DNA from: a virus
Taxonomy: Duplodnaviria > Caudoviricetes
Length of the DNA stretch: 29,380 nucleotides
IMG/VR virus record: IMGVR_UViG_3300009095_001142
Location: 1 to 29,380 of that record
Reading direction: 5' to 3' (one strand)
Position 1 is the first letter of the stretch; every line of letters begins with the position of its first letter. The translations under genes and the position numbers were made by a program. Below, in pieces: positions 1 to 7,462 of the stretch. The notes under the pieces were generated by a model that saw only the letters and a list, made by a program, of their open reading frames with translations, did not search any database and had not been told where the DNA came from.

Positions 1-719
1 CCCTGGTAACCGGTGGAGAGCACGTTCCCGACGAAGGTGGACAGGTCGAACTCCCCCTGTCCGGGGAAGAGCCGGTGGTGCCGGCTCCACTGCAGCACGT
101 CCATGTCCAGTTTCGGGGCGTCGGCGAGCTGGAGGAAGAACAGCTTTTCGCCGGGGATGGTGCGGATCAGGGCCAGATCGCTCCGCCTGGACATGACGTG
201 GAAGCTGTCCAGGCAGAGTCCCAGCGCGGGGTGGTCCGCGCTGCGGACGATGCGCCAGGAGTGCTGGTAGGTGTTGACGAACTTCCCCCAGGCGAGCGCT
301 TCGTAGGCGATCCGCATGCCGCGGTCGGCGGCGCGGGACGCCAGCAGGTGGAGTTGCTCGGCGGCCAGTTCGTCGTCGTCGACGGCGTCCGCGGACACCG
401 ATGAGCAGACGAGCATGGTGCTCACCCCGAGCCGCTCCATGACCTCGAACTTGCGCTCCGCCCGTCGCAGGTTCGCGGCCAGCACGTCCGGCGGCACCGC
501 TTCGAAGTCTCGGAACGGTTGGTAGAGGTCGATGGTCAGCCCCAAGTCGGCGCAGTACTGCCGGATTTCCTCGGGCGACAAGGCCGAGTTGATCAGATCG
601 TTCTCGAACAGCTCCACCCCGTCGAAGCCGGCCGCGGCGGCTGCCTCGAGCTTGTCCTCCAACGTGCCGGACAGGCACACCGTGGCGATGACGCGCCGGG
701 GTTCACCCGTCAGCGACAT
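1..719 (-). CDS. Sugar phosphate isomerase/epimerase TIM-barrel N-terminus of a QuiC-like (3-dehydroshikimate dehydratase / HPPD-fusion) protein; runs off the window
   Basis: Not in the ORF track. Manual translation from ATG 719: MSLTGEPRRVIATVCLSGTLEDKLEAAAAAGFDGVELFEND...LYQPFRDFE...AYEALAWG...LDSFH...FLQLADAP...WSRHHRLFPGQG. Start overlaps the end of the shikimate dehydrogenase gene. Confidence 0.88.
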   Translation of the reverse strand, partial: MSLTGEPRRVIATVCLSGTLEDKLEAAAAAGFDGVELFENDLINSALSPEEIRQYCADLGLTIDLYQPFRDFEAVPPDVLAANLRRAERKFEVMERLGVSTMLVCSSVSADAVDDDELAAEQLHLLASRAADRGMRIAYEALAWGKFVNTYQHSWRIVRSADHPALGLCLDSFHVMSRRSDLALIRTIPGEKLFFLQLADAPKLDMDVLQWSRHHRLFPGQGEFDLSTFVGNVLSTGYQ

Positions 720-1590
720 GCGGTCCTCCCTGCTCGACGAGCACCTCGAAATGCTCGAGCATCCGTTCGGCGTCGGGTTCGACGCCGGTGAACAGCTGGA
801 AAGCCTCCACGGCTTGGAACACGGCCATTCCGCCACCGTGCAGCACGCAGCAGCCGCGTTCGGCGGCCGCGTTGACCAGTTCGGTGCGCAGCGGCCGGTA
901 CACCACGTCGGCCACCCACAGCTGCGGGCGCAGCAGCTCGGCCGGCACGGGGCAGCCGGGGTGGGCGGCCATTCCGACGGGTGTTGCGTGCACCAGCCCG
1001 TCCGCCCAGTCCAGCGCTCCGCCGCATTCGTCCATCCCCCCGGCGGTGACCCGCTCGGCGCCGAAGAGCTCGCGCAGGCTCCCGGCCAAGTTCTCGGCCC
1101 GTTGCCGATCGATGTCCAAGATCTGCAGGACTCCGACCCCGAGGTTGAGCAGCGCGTAGCCGACCGCTGCCCCAGCTCCACCGGCACCGAGCAGCACCAC
1201 CCGGTCCAGCGGGGCGCCGGGCAGTCCTCTGCTGAAGCTGCGGGCGAAACCGGACCAGTCGGTGTTGTGCCCGACGGCCTTGCCGTCGCGGAAGACCACG
1301 GTGTTGACCGCGCCGAGCGCCGCCGCGTCGGTGGACAGCTCGTCCAGGTGCTCGATCACCAATTGCTTGCAGGGGTGGGTGATGTTGAGCCCGTCGTAGC
1401 CAGCGGTGCGCGCGATGCGCAGCAGTTCCCCGATCTCCTCGGCCGGACGGTCGAGTTCGTCCAGGTTTTACCGTTGGTAGAGGTAGCGCAAGCCGAGTTC
1501 GTCGGCTTCTCGTTCGTGCAGGGCCGGGCTCAGGGAAGGGCCGATGCCCGATCCGATCAGACCGATGAGGAAGCTTCGCTGGGTGTGCAC
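703..1590 (-). pseudogene. aroE: Shikimate/quinate dehydrogenase (AroE/YdiB family) with an in-frame TAA at 1468-1470
   Basis: From GTG 1590 (GGAG upstream): MHTQRSFLIGLIGSGIGPSLSPALHERE...YLYQR*NLDE...GLNITHPCK...GAVNT...GHNTD...LGAGGAG...DVVYRP. The same frame continues across the stop. Confidence 0.85.
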
Positions 1591-1606
1591 GTGGACAGCT
1601 CCGATT

Positions 1607-1627
1607 AATGAACGAACTGGCGAGTTA
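1607..1627. promoter_or_regulatory. Candidate TetR operator in the aroE/tetR divergent region
   Basis: Reverse complement TAACTCGCCAGTTCGTTCATT matches 2402-2422 at 14 of 21 positions; both are AT-rich spots upstream of pathway genes. Confidence 0.45.
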
Positions 1628-1701
1628 ATAGTAGGCAACCGATGGCCTCCGCAAAAGCCCGCCGATTACAGTTGGCCGCGAACCGACCTCGAAGGAGTCC
1701 A

Positions 1702-2349
1702 GTGGCAGCACCAGCATCCGAGAACGCCGGAAAGCAGCGGGACGCCGACCGGACCCGGGCCGAGATCCTCGACGCCGCCACCGAGGAATTCGCCGCCAAG
1801 GGGTACGCCGGTGCCCGAGTGGACGAGATCGCCGCGCGCACCAGCACCACCAAGCGGATGATCTACTACTACTTCGGCGGCAAAGAGCAGCTCTACCTGG
1901 CGGTTCTGGAGCGGGCCTACTCGGTCATCCGCGGCATGGAGAGCGACCTGGACGTCGACCGGCTGGAACCGACCGAAGCCGTGCGCAAGCTCGCCGAGCT
2001 GACCTTCGACCACCACGAGTCGCACCCCGACTTCCTCCGCCTGGTGAGCATCGAGAACATCCACCACGCCGAGCACCTGCGGAAGTCGCCGATGCTGCCG
2101 GAACTGGCCGGTCCCGCGCTCGACGTGCTCACCCGGATCCTCGAGCGCGGCCGTCAGACCGGAGTCTTCCGCGACGACGTGGACGCGCTGGACGTGCACA
2201 TGCTGATCAGCTCGTTCTGCGTGTTCCGCACCGCCAACCGGCACACGTTCCAAGCCATCTTCGGCCGGGACATGCTCGCCGCGGAGAACCGGGAGCACTA
2301 CCGGAAGATGCTCGGCGACATGCTGCTGGCGTATCTGACGAAGCGATGA
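1702..2349 (+). CDS. TetR/AcrR family regulator (RutR/NicS-like)
   Basis: TRAEILDAATEEFAAKGYAGARVDEIAART...MIYYYFGGKEQLY HTH; GTG 1702 follows GAAGGAG. Confidence 0.93.
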   Translation: MAAPASENAGKQRDADRTRAEILDAATEEFAAKGYAGARVDEIAARTSTTKRMIYYYFGGKEQLYLAVLERAYSVIRGMESDLDVDRLEPTEAVRKLAELTFDHHESHPDFLRLVSIENIHHAEHLRKSPMLPELAGPALDVLTRILERGRQTGVFRDDVDALDVHMLISSFCVFRTANRHTFQAIFGRDMLAAENREHYRKMLGDMLLAYLTKR

Positions 2350-2401
2350 CCCGGCGGAAATTCGCCCTTGACAGATGCGACCACGGCAACACAGCCTCTA
2401 G

Positions 2402-2422
2402 GGACTAACTAGGTGGTTCATT
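2402..2422. promoter_or_regulatory. Candidate TetR operator upstream of the MFS transporter
   Basis: GGACTAACTAGGTGGTTCATT, similar to 1607-1627, downstream of a TTGACA at 2368-2373. Confidence 0.45.
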
Positions 2423-2461
2423 GGTGCCACGGGTTCAGTGACGAACACCCTGGAGTTTGCA

Positions 2462-2548
2462 GTGACGGACACCCCGCCCGCCACACCGGCGCAGCCGAAG
2501 AAAGCCGCCGTCGCGGCCTGGATCGGGAGCGCGCTGGAGTACTACGAC
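2462..2548 (+). pseudogene. 5' fragment of an MHS-family MFS transporter (ShiA-like), interrupted by the prophage
   Basis: GGAG then GTG 2462: MTDTPPATPAQPKKAAVAAWIGSALEYYD. The family continuation FFIYG is replaced by NFLSRLP. Confidence 0.85.
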
Positions 2549-2556
2549 AACTTCCT
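2536..2556. other. Candidate att junction (core) of the prophage
   Basis: Transporter similarity ends at GAGTACTACGAC, about 45 bp from the integrase stop; imperfect inverted arms GGAGT and ACTTCC flank ACTACGACA. The partner att is not in the window. Confidence 0.65.
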
Positions 2557-2593
2557 CTCACGACTCCCCCGGCGGCTCTGACCTGCGGCGAAG

Positions 2594-3856
2594 CTACCTC
2601 GCCCGGGACACTGGGGCACCCTGGGGGCACACCAGCTCGCCGCCGAGCCTGGCGAGATCATGCCCCTCGGTGACCAGCCCGGCGAACGCGTCGTCGATCG
2701 CCTTGCGGGTCCGTTCCTCGCTGGACGGCATGAGGTGCGTGTAGGTCCGAAGCGTAAACCCCGGGTCGGCGTGACCGAGGCACTCGGAGAGCGCCTTGAT
2801 CGACTCGCCAGCGTCGAGAAGAACGCTCGCGTAGTAGTGTCGAAGCGCGTGCGCGCCGTTCTTCCTGTCACGGGGAATGCCGACGGCGTCGAGCGCGGGA
2901 TACCAGACGGCGGCGGTCACGGTGCGGCTGTGCAGAGCCCTCCCCGACTCGTTGGTCACCAGCAACGAGACGGTGTGATCGTCGCCGTCTGGCTCGGCCC
3001 ACGGGAGCGTCACTTCCCGCGCCGGGTACTTGGCGAGGTAGGCGGCGAGTTCGTCGCGCACCGAGGGCGCTAGGGGCACGTGTCGAGTTTTGCCACCCTT
3101 GGGAAGAGCGAACACCCGCCGGTTGCCGACGATCTTCACCTGTCGCCGGACGTGCACCCACCCGCGTAACCAGTCGATGTCGTCCGGGGAGAGCCCGTAC
3201 ACCTCGCCCGGCCTGAGCCCGAGCCCGGCGCCCACGACCACGAGCGGCCGGTACCGTTCGCCGATCTTGTCGCGCATCCCAGCGACCCACGCCGATGACC
3301 ACGGTGTGATCCGTTCGCGCTCCCCCTTCGGAGGCTTGACCGACTTCGAGAGCGCCGGGTTGCGGGGAATGAGTTCGTCGTCAACAGCAGCGGCGAGGAT
3401 GCTCGCGACGTGCGCGAACACGACGCGGGCCGTCGAGTCGGCGATCGTGAGTCCTTTGATCCACGCTTGCACGGTGGACGGCCGGATCTTCACGAGCGGT
3501 GTTTTCCCAAGCTTGGTTCCGGTGACGTACCGGCGGAGCCGCGCTTTGGTGTTTTCGATTGTGAGCGGGTCGGAGGTTCGGTGCGCAAGCCATTCTTCGG
3601 CGTATTTGTCGAAGGTGATTTGCCCGGCTTTCGGGTCGATATAGGACCCTTTGAGCATGTTGCCTTCGATTTCCTTACGCTTGTCGTCGGCGTCCTTCCA
3701 TTTCGTGTAGGACAGTTTGCGCGGCTGCTTGTCGGGGTCACGCCAGCGAAGGAGCCACCGCTTGCCTTTTCCGTAACGGTCGGTTTTGACCTTGCCGACG
3801 ACGTTGCCGTTTTCGTCCTTGACCTCTTTCCACCATCGGTCTTCAATGCTTGCCAT
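2594..3856 (-). CDS. int: Tyrosine recombinase/integrase
   Basis: Catalytic set GLRPGE (R), PKGGK (K), HALRH (HxxR), LGH, YTHL (Y); N-terminal arm-binding region RWLLRWRDPD. Confidence 0.96.
   Translation of the reverse strand: MASIEDRWWKEVKDENGNVVGKVKTDRYGKGKRWLLRWRDPDKQPRKLSYTKWKDADDKRKEIEGNMLKGSYIDPKAGQITFDKYAEEWLAHRTSDPLTIENTKARLRRYVTGTKLGKTPLVKIRPSTVQAWIKGLTIADSTARVVFAHVASILAAAVDDELIPRNPALSKSVKPPKGERERITPWSSAWVAGMRDKIGERYRPLVVVGAGLGLRPGEVYGLSPDDIDWLRGWVHVRRQVKIVGNRRVFALPKGGKTRHVPLAPSVRDELAAYLAKYPAREVTLPWAEPDGDDHTVSLLVTNESGRALHSRTVTAAVWYPALDAVGIPRDRKNGAHALRHYYASVLLDAGESIKALSECLGHADPGFTLRTYTHLMPSSEERTRKAIDDAFAGLVTEGHDLARLGGELVCPQGAPVSRAR
2603..2631. repeat. Three short tandem repeats, probable integrase arm-type sites
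   Basis: GGGACAC / GGGGCAC / GGGGCAC spaced 8 and 11 bp apart next to the att junction. Confidence 0.5.
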
Positions 3857-4262
3857 CCTGACCCTTTCCAGTTACGGCGTCGTGGAGTTCGGCGACTAGT
3901 TCGCGTATGCGGCGCGCCTGTTCGGAATCGCCGCCGAGGTAGTCGGCACCTTGCGCCCAGAGCCGGGCGACAGTCGTGGCGGCTGTCCACGTCGGCGTGA
4001 TGTTGATCTCTGTTTCGGTGTCGCCGAACAGCAGCCGGAGGGGGGTGACGTCGAGTGCGACGGCGAGACACATGAGGTCGTCGACGTCGACAGGTCGGAC
4101 GCCGTTCTCGATCTTTTGGATGACGGTTCCGGAGAGTGGGCGGCCGATCGCGTCGAGCTTGGCGGCGAGCTGGGCGCGGGAAAGCCCGGCGCGGCGGCGG
4201 AGGTCGGCGACGTTGTCGGCGACGCGGCGGCCGGTTGCCCCCGGAGCATGGCTCTTTGTCAT
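3843..4262 (-). CDS. XRE-family HTH immunity repressor
   Basis: VADNVADLRRRAGLSRAQLAAKL...IQKIENGVRPVDVDDL; upstream of int and divergent from xis. ATG 4262 chosen from promoter geometry. Confidence 0.88.
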   Translation of the reverse strand: MTKSHAPGATGRRVADNVADLRRRAGLSRAQLAAKLDAIGRPLSGTVIQKIENGVRPVDVDDLMCLAVALDVTPLRLLFGDTETEINITPTWTAATTVARLWAQGADYLGGDSEQARRIRELVAELHDAVTGKGQDGKH

Positions 4263-4263
4263 A

Positions 4264-4312
4264 ACGACCAAACTAGGGTCGTCTTGACCAATCGTCAAGC
4301 GGCGGGGAAGAT
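4264..4312. promoter_or_regulatory. Divergent repressor/xis promoters with two inverted repeats
   Basis: Minus strand TTGACG(4298-4293)-17-TAGTTT(4275-4270). Plus strand TTGACC(4284-4289)-17-GAAGAT. Inverted repeats ACGACC-N7-GGTCGT (4264-4282) and CTTGAC-N5-GTCAAG (4283-4299). Confidence 0.65.
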
Positions 4313-4352
4313 CGGTACTCGTCTGGCCCAGGTGGCGGACGAGGAGAACGGC

Positions 4353-4535
4353 ATGGAAGAGCTACTCACGCCCGACGAGCTGGCGGCTCGGTTGAAAGTG
4401 AAGGTGGCGACGCTGCGGGACTGGCGGTATCACCAGACCGGGCCGCCGTACGTTCACGTTGGTCGGCGCGTCCGGTACCGGCCGTCCGATGTGGACAAAT
4501 GGATCGAGGGAAGCTCTGTCGGCGCGCCGTCTTGA
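4353..4535 (+). CDS. xis: Excisionase / AlpA-like winged-HTH protein
   Basis: GAGGAG RBS; MEELLTPDELAARLKVKVATLRDWRYHQTGPPYVHVGRRVRYRPSDVDKWI. Confidence 0.9.
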   Translation: MEELLTPDELAARLKVKVATLRDWRYHQTGPPYVHVGRRVRYRPSDVDKWIEGSSVGAPS

Positions 4536-4546
4536 GCGCGAAGCAG

Positions 4547-4583
4547 AGGCGCCCCCGCCTCCACGGCGGAGACGGGGGCGCCT
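4547..4583. terminator. Hairpin between convergent xis and DUF397 genes
   Basis: AGGCGCCCCCGCCTCC-ACGGC-GGAGACGGGGGCGCCT, 16-bp stem with one mismatch. Confidence 0.75.
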
Positions 4584-4606
4584 GTAGTGGCTCCTGCGGT
4601 CGCGAG

Positions 4607-4810
4607 TTAGCCGAGCTCGCCGGACTTCACCCGCGCCAGGAACGCGGCGAACGTGTCGCCGTTGAACTCCAGAATCGGGCGGTGCGGGTCGCTGGCCTGC
4701 TTGGTGTCGCGGATGGCGCGGCCGGAGTCGGCGAAGCCGACCTCCACGCACTGGCCGTTGGGGCTGCTCCGAGTCGACTTCCGCCACCCGCTGTAGCTGA
4801 TCTCTGGCAT
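4607..4810 (-). CDS. DUF397 family protein
   Basis: WRKSTRS...QCVEVG...IRDTK...LEF...FL signature. Confidence 0.93.
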   Translation of the reverse strand: MPEISYSGWRKSTRSSPNGQCVEVGFADSGRAIRDTKQASDPHRPILEFNGDTFAAFLARVKSGELG

Positions 4811-4840
4811 GTCCGTGCCTACCTTCGTACTCTGCTCGCT

Positions 4841-5695
4841 TCACAGTGATGCAGCCGCGTCGGCGAGCATCGCCCGTGAGTCATCCTCACTGAGCGCCAC
4901 CGACGCGAGCTGGTCAAGTAGCACCGTATAGCTTTCGATGTCGCCTGGGTCCTCCTGGTACACAGCACCGCGGCGGTTCTCCACGTACGCGAACGCTGGG
5001 GCGTCTTCATCGGGAAACTGCATCATCACGAACGAACCGGACATTGCCGGATGCGCTCCGGCGGAGAACGGAACAATGCGAATTGAGATGTGGTCCCGCT
5101 TCGCTGATTCGGCGAGGACGCCGAGTTGTTCTCGCATGACTTCTGCGCCGCCCACAACGCGCCGAATTACCGCTTCGTTCAGATAGATGTGCATCTGCGG
5201 CGGTTGACCACCGTCGATCTGCATCTGTCGTTTCTTGCGCAACTCAACTCGGCGGGCGATCTGCTCGTCTGAATAACTCGGCTCGAGGGCACGAGTGATC
5301 GCGTCGACGTACGCGGGTGTTTGCAGCAAGCCAGGAACGTACTCGGATTGGTATTCCCACATGACCGAGGCGTCGCCCTCGAGCCCGACGAATTGCCGGA
5401 ACCAGTCGGGAACCGTTTCGCGGTACTGGGACCACCACCCGCGCTGATTCGCTTCGCGAGCAAGCCGAAGGAGTGTGTCTACCGTGCCCGCATCCGCGTC
5501 ATAGAGCTGGCACAGCAAGCGAACGCTTGGCCCCTTGATCGCCTGTTTCCCAAGCTCGATCTTACTAACGGTTGGCTCGCCAATCTCAAGCCATGTCGCA
5601 GCATCCTTGCGGGTCTTCCCCGCGTCAATGCGAAGCTGGCGGAGCATCGCGCCGAGTTGGCGTCGGCGGACGCTCGGACCAGGGCGTTTCGACAT
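4841..5695 (-). CDS. XRE-HTH / DUF5753 regulator (WhiJ/Scr1-like), partner of DUF397
   Basis: GGAGG RBS, ATG 5695; RRRQLGAMLRQLR...SKIELG, GWW, VPGLLQTPAY, LNEAVIRR, MREQL, YVE motifs. Confidence 0.93.
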   Translation of the reverse strand: MSKRPGPSVRRRQLGAMLRQLRIDAGKTRKDAATWLEIGEPTVSKIELGKQAIKGPSVRLLCQLYDADAGTVDTLLRLAREANQRGWWSQYRETVPDWFRQFVGLEGDASVMWEYQSEYVPGLLQTPAYVDAITRALEPSYSDEQIARRVELRKKRQMQIDGGQPPQMHIYLNEAVIRRVVGGAEVMREQLGVLAESAKRDHISIRIVPFSAGAHPAMSGSFVMMQFPDEDAPAFAYVENRRGAVYQEDPGDIESYTVLLDQLASVALSEDDSRAMLADAAASL

Positions 5696-5748
5696 CGAAC
5701 CTCCACTGACGGCTGATCGCGGCGGGCACAGTCTCGCACGCTGCGGCG

Positions 5749-5824
5749 CGGAGGAACGCGCTCCTCCGTTCGTGTGCACAACCGTATCCGTTCCTGCATG
5801 ACCGTTGCTAGAGGAACGTTCCTC
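5749..5824. promoter_or_regulatory. Two related palindromes in the XRE divergent region
   Basis: CGGAGGA-ACGCGC-TCCTCCG (5749-5768) and the perfect palindrome GAGGAACGTTCCTC (5811-5824). Confidence 0.55.
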
Positions 5825-5910
5825 GTGGCAGGGTGCCTCTCGCGTGAGTGATCGACGACCGTGCGTCGCCGACCTCCCGGTACCAGCTAGTGCACGAGGG
5901 AAGTGGTCCC

Positions 5911-6090
5911 ATGTCCGACCCCAGCAACGTGATCGCGTTCGTCGGGCTCGTCTTGGTCGGCGCGATCGTCTTCGGCTACGCCGTTGCCGACGCCGTTCGC
6001 GACTCGGATTGGTGGGTGATCGCCCGCGGGGTCGCCAGCGGCAAGCGCGCCCGGTTCGTGCGCTTCGTGCGAGGTGTCCGCCGTGGGTGA
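5911..6090 (+). CDS. Small single-pass membrane protein
   Basis: GAGGGAAG upstream; MSDPSNVIAFVGLVLVGAIVFGYAVA, basic C-terminus. Confidence 0.55.
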   Translation: MSDPSNVIAFVGLVLVGAIVFGYAVADAVRDSDWWVIARGVASGKRARFVRFVRGVRRG

Positions 6091-6097
6091 ATCCCTG

Positions 6098-7108
6098 ATG
6101 TGGTCAGCGATCGTCGCGGTCGCGTTGCTGGCGTGGGCGCCTGTCGCTCGTGACCTCCGTGAGGAGTTCAAGGCCCTTCGCTCCGAGTCCGCTCGTCGTG
6201 TGCAGCGCGCAGCGCGCCGCGACGTCGACACGATCCGGTTCTGTGTGGGAGGGAACCGCCCCGAGGTCGTGTCGCGGACCGGAGCCTCGGCCGGTCGTCA
6301 CCGCGCCCCCCCGTGTGGCGAACGGCCGAGCCATGCCACCCGCCGGGACGTATTGGCGAGTGACTGTCCCGGCGAGTGGTCCCGCCACGCGCCACGGGCG
6401 GCCGGTATGCGGGTAGTGCTTGCGCGCCGCCGAGACGGCGTATCAGCAGACGGCGGACCGCCGGAGGTGCACGCCTACCGGGTGCCCGATGACGATGGCT
6501 CTCCGGCCGTGTGGCGAGCGCCGTGCGGTGACGTGGTGAAGCCGGACGAAGTCGAGATCGTCGCCGCCTCGACGGGAAACCCGTGCCCGCGCTGCCTCAT
6601 CCTCGCGGCGCTCGCCAGCGACGCGCCGCCGGTCGGCCGCACCGAGCTCGAAGGCCCGCTCGCGCCGCAGCCTCCGGAAGTACTCCCGGCGGATGTCGTC
6701 ATCGAACCGGCCGTCGTCCCGCTGATGTACGCGCCGTCGTGGCGTGAGCAGGTTTTTCACTTCGCCGAGCCCGGCGCGGAGCGGCGCCCTTACCAGGGCG
6801 GAACGGTCGTCGTCGGGTTGTGCGGCGGGATCGGGTGGGGTCCGCACGAGCACGCGCCGAACAACTGGCCGATGTGCGCAGAGTGCATCCAGATCGCCGG
6901 GGGCGGACGTGAACCTCGTCCGTCCGCGCCCCGGAAACCAGCTCGCCTGGGTCGGCACGGTGCCCGTCGACCCGGACGCGCCGACGAAGCATCGCTACGC
7001 CGCGTGGTTCGACGAGCTTCCGACACAACCGCTGCCGCGTGTGGCCGAAGTGGACGAGCGCCCGCCCATTCGAGGGTTTGCCCCGGTCACCCGAGAACTG
7101 CTCGATGA
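6098..7108 (+). CDS. Hypothetical protein with N-terminal hydrophobic segment and two H...CG...CxxC zinc-finger-like motifs; true 3' end possibly near 6912
   Basis: VHAY...APCG...PCPRC and FHFA...GLCG...PMCAEC. The last ~65 codons are Arg-rich and overlap the next gene. Confidence 0.6.
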   Translation: MWSAIVAVALLAWAPVARDLREEFKALRSESARRVQRAARRDVDTIRFCVGGNRPEVVSRTGASAGRHRAPPCGERPSHATRRDVLASDCPGEWSRHAPRAAGMRVVLARRRDGVSADGGPPEVHAYRVPDDDGSPAVWRAPCGDVVKPDEVEIVAASTGNPCPRCLILAALASDAPPVGRTELEGPLAPQPPEVLPADVVIEPAVVPLMYAPSWREQVFHFAEPGAERRPYQGGTVVVGLCGGIGWGPHEHAPNNWPMCAECIQIAGGGREPRPSAPRKPARLGRHGARRPGRADEASLRRVVRRASDTTAAACGRSGRAPAHSRVCPGHPRTAR

Positions 7109-7136
7109 CGTCCTCGCCGGACTCGCTCGCCTTTAG
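6909..7136 (+). CDS. Hypothetical protein, 75 aa
   Basis: GTG 6909: MNLVRPRPGNQLAWVG...RELLDDVLAGLARL, protein-like composition. Confidence 0.6.
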   Translation: MNLVRPRPGNQLAWVGTVPVDPDAPTKHRYAAWFDELPTQPLPRVAEVDERPPIRGFAPVTRELLDDVLAGLARL

Positions 7137-7182
7137 CGACGCATCGTCACTCTGCGATGACAAGACGTCGCATGTGGAGGTA

Positions 7183-7210
7183 TCGACACCTGCGCATGCG
7201 TCCATACCCT
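7183..7210 (+). promoter_or_regulatory. Candidate promoter for the microprotein
   Basis: TCGACA-16-TACCCT. Confidence 0.35.
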
Positions 7211-7244
7211 GATCAACTCGACCACGGGAAGGGAGGTGTGAGCC

Positions 7245-7340
7245 ATGGCAAGCAACGGTGACCCGTGTCCGAACTGCAACGGCAGCGGCAAGCAGGGTAG
7301 CGAGGAGTGCAACACCTGCGGCGGCACCGGGCAGCTCTGA
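7245..7340 (+). CDS. 31-aa zinc-finger microprotein with two DnaJ-type CxxCxGxG motifs
   Basis: Not in the ORF track. Strong RBS GAAGGGAGGT; MASNGDPCPNCNGSGKQGSEECNTCGGTGQL; high GC3; followed by a hairpin. Confidence 0.82.
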   Translation: MASNGDPCPNCNGSGKQGSEECNTCGGTGQL

Positions 7341-7354
7341 CGGCCCGGGGCGCT

Positions 7355-7404
7355 CCGGTGTGGCTGGGCTGCGACACGGCCCCGAGGCAGCCCAGCCACG
7401 CCGG
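7355..7404 (+). terminator. 18-bp stem-loop between the microprotein and dnaE
   Basis: CCGGTGTGGCTGGGCTGC-N14-GCAGCCCAGCCACGCCGG with one G-U pair; immediately followed by an extended -10-like TGcTAGAGT (7408-7416). Confidence 0.7.
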
Positions 7405-7462
7405 GTGTGCTAGAGTTGCGGGGTCAGCTACCCCCCAGCGTGATGCTTCCGGAGTTGACGAC

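Noticed and set aside
532-1608. 358-aa plus-strand ORF
   Set aside because: Antisense shadow of aroE, as expected in high-GC coding DNA.
2400-2600. tRNA gene at the integration site
   Set aside because: No cloverleaf or T-loop motif seen; the site is protein-coding.
5749-5824. LexA/SOS boxes
   Set aside because: The actinobacterial box is TCGAAC-N4-GTTCGA; these palindromes have different arms and spacing.
7307-7462. 52-aa N-terminal extension of DnaE in the ORF track
   Set aside because: Overlaps the microprotein and hairpin; DnaE similarity and an RBS begin at GTG 7463.
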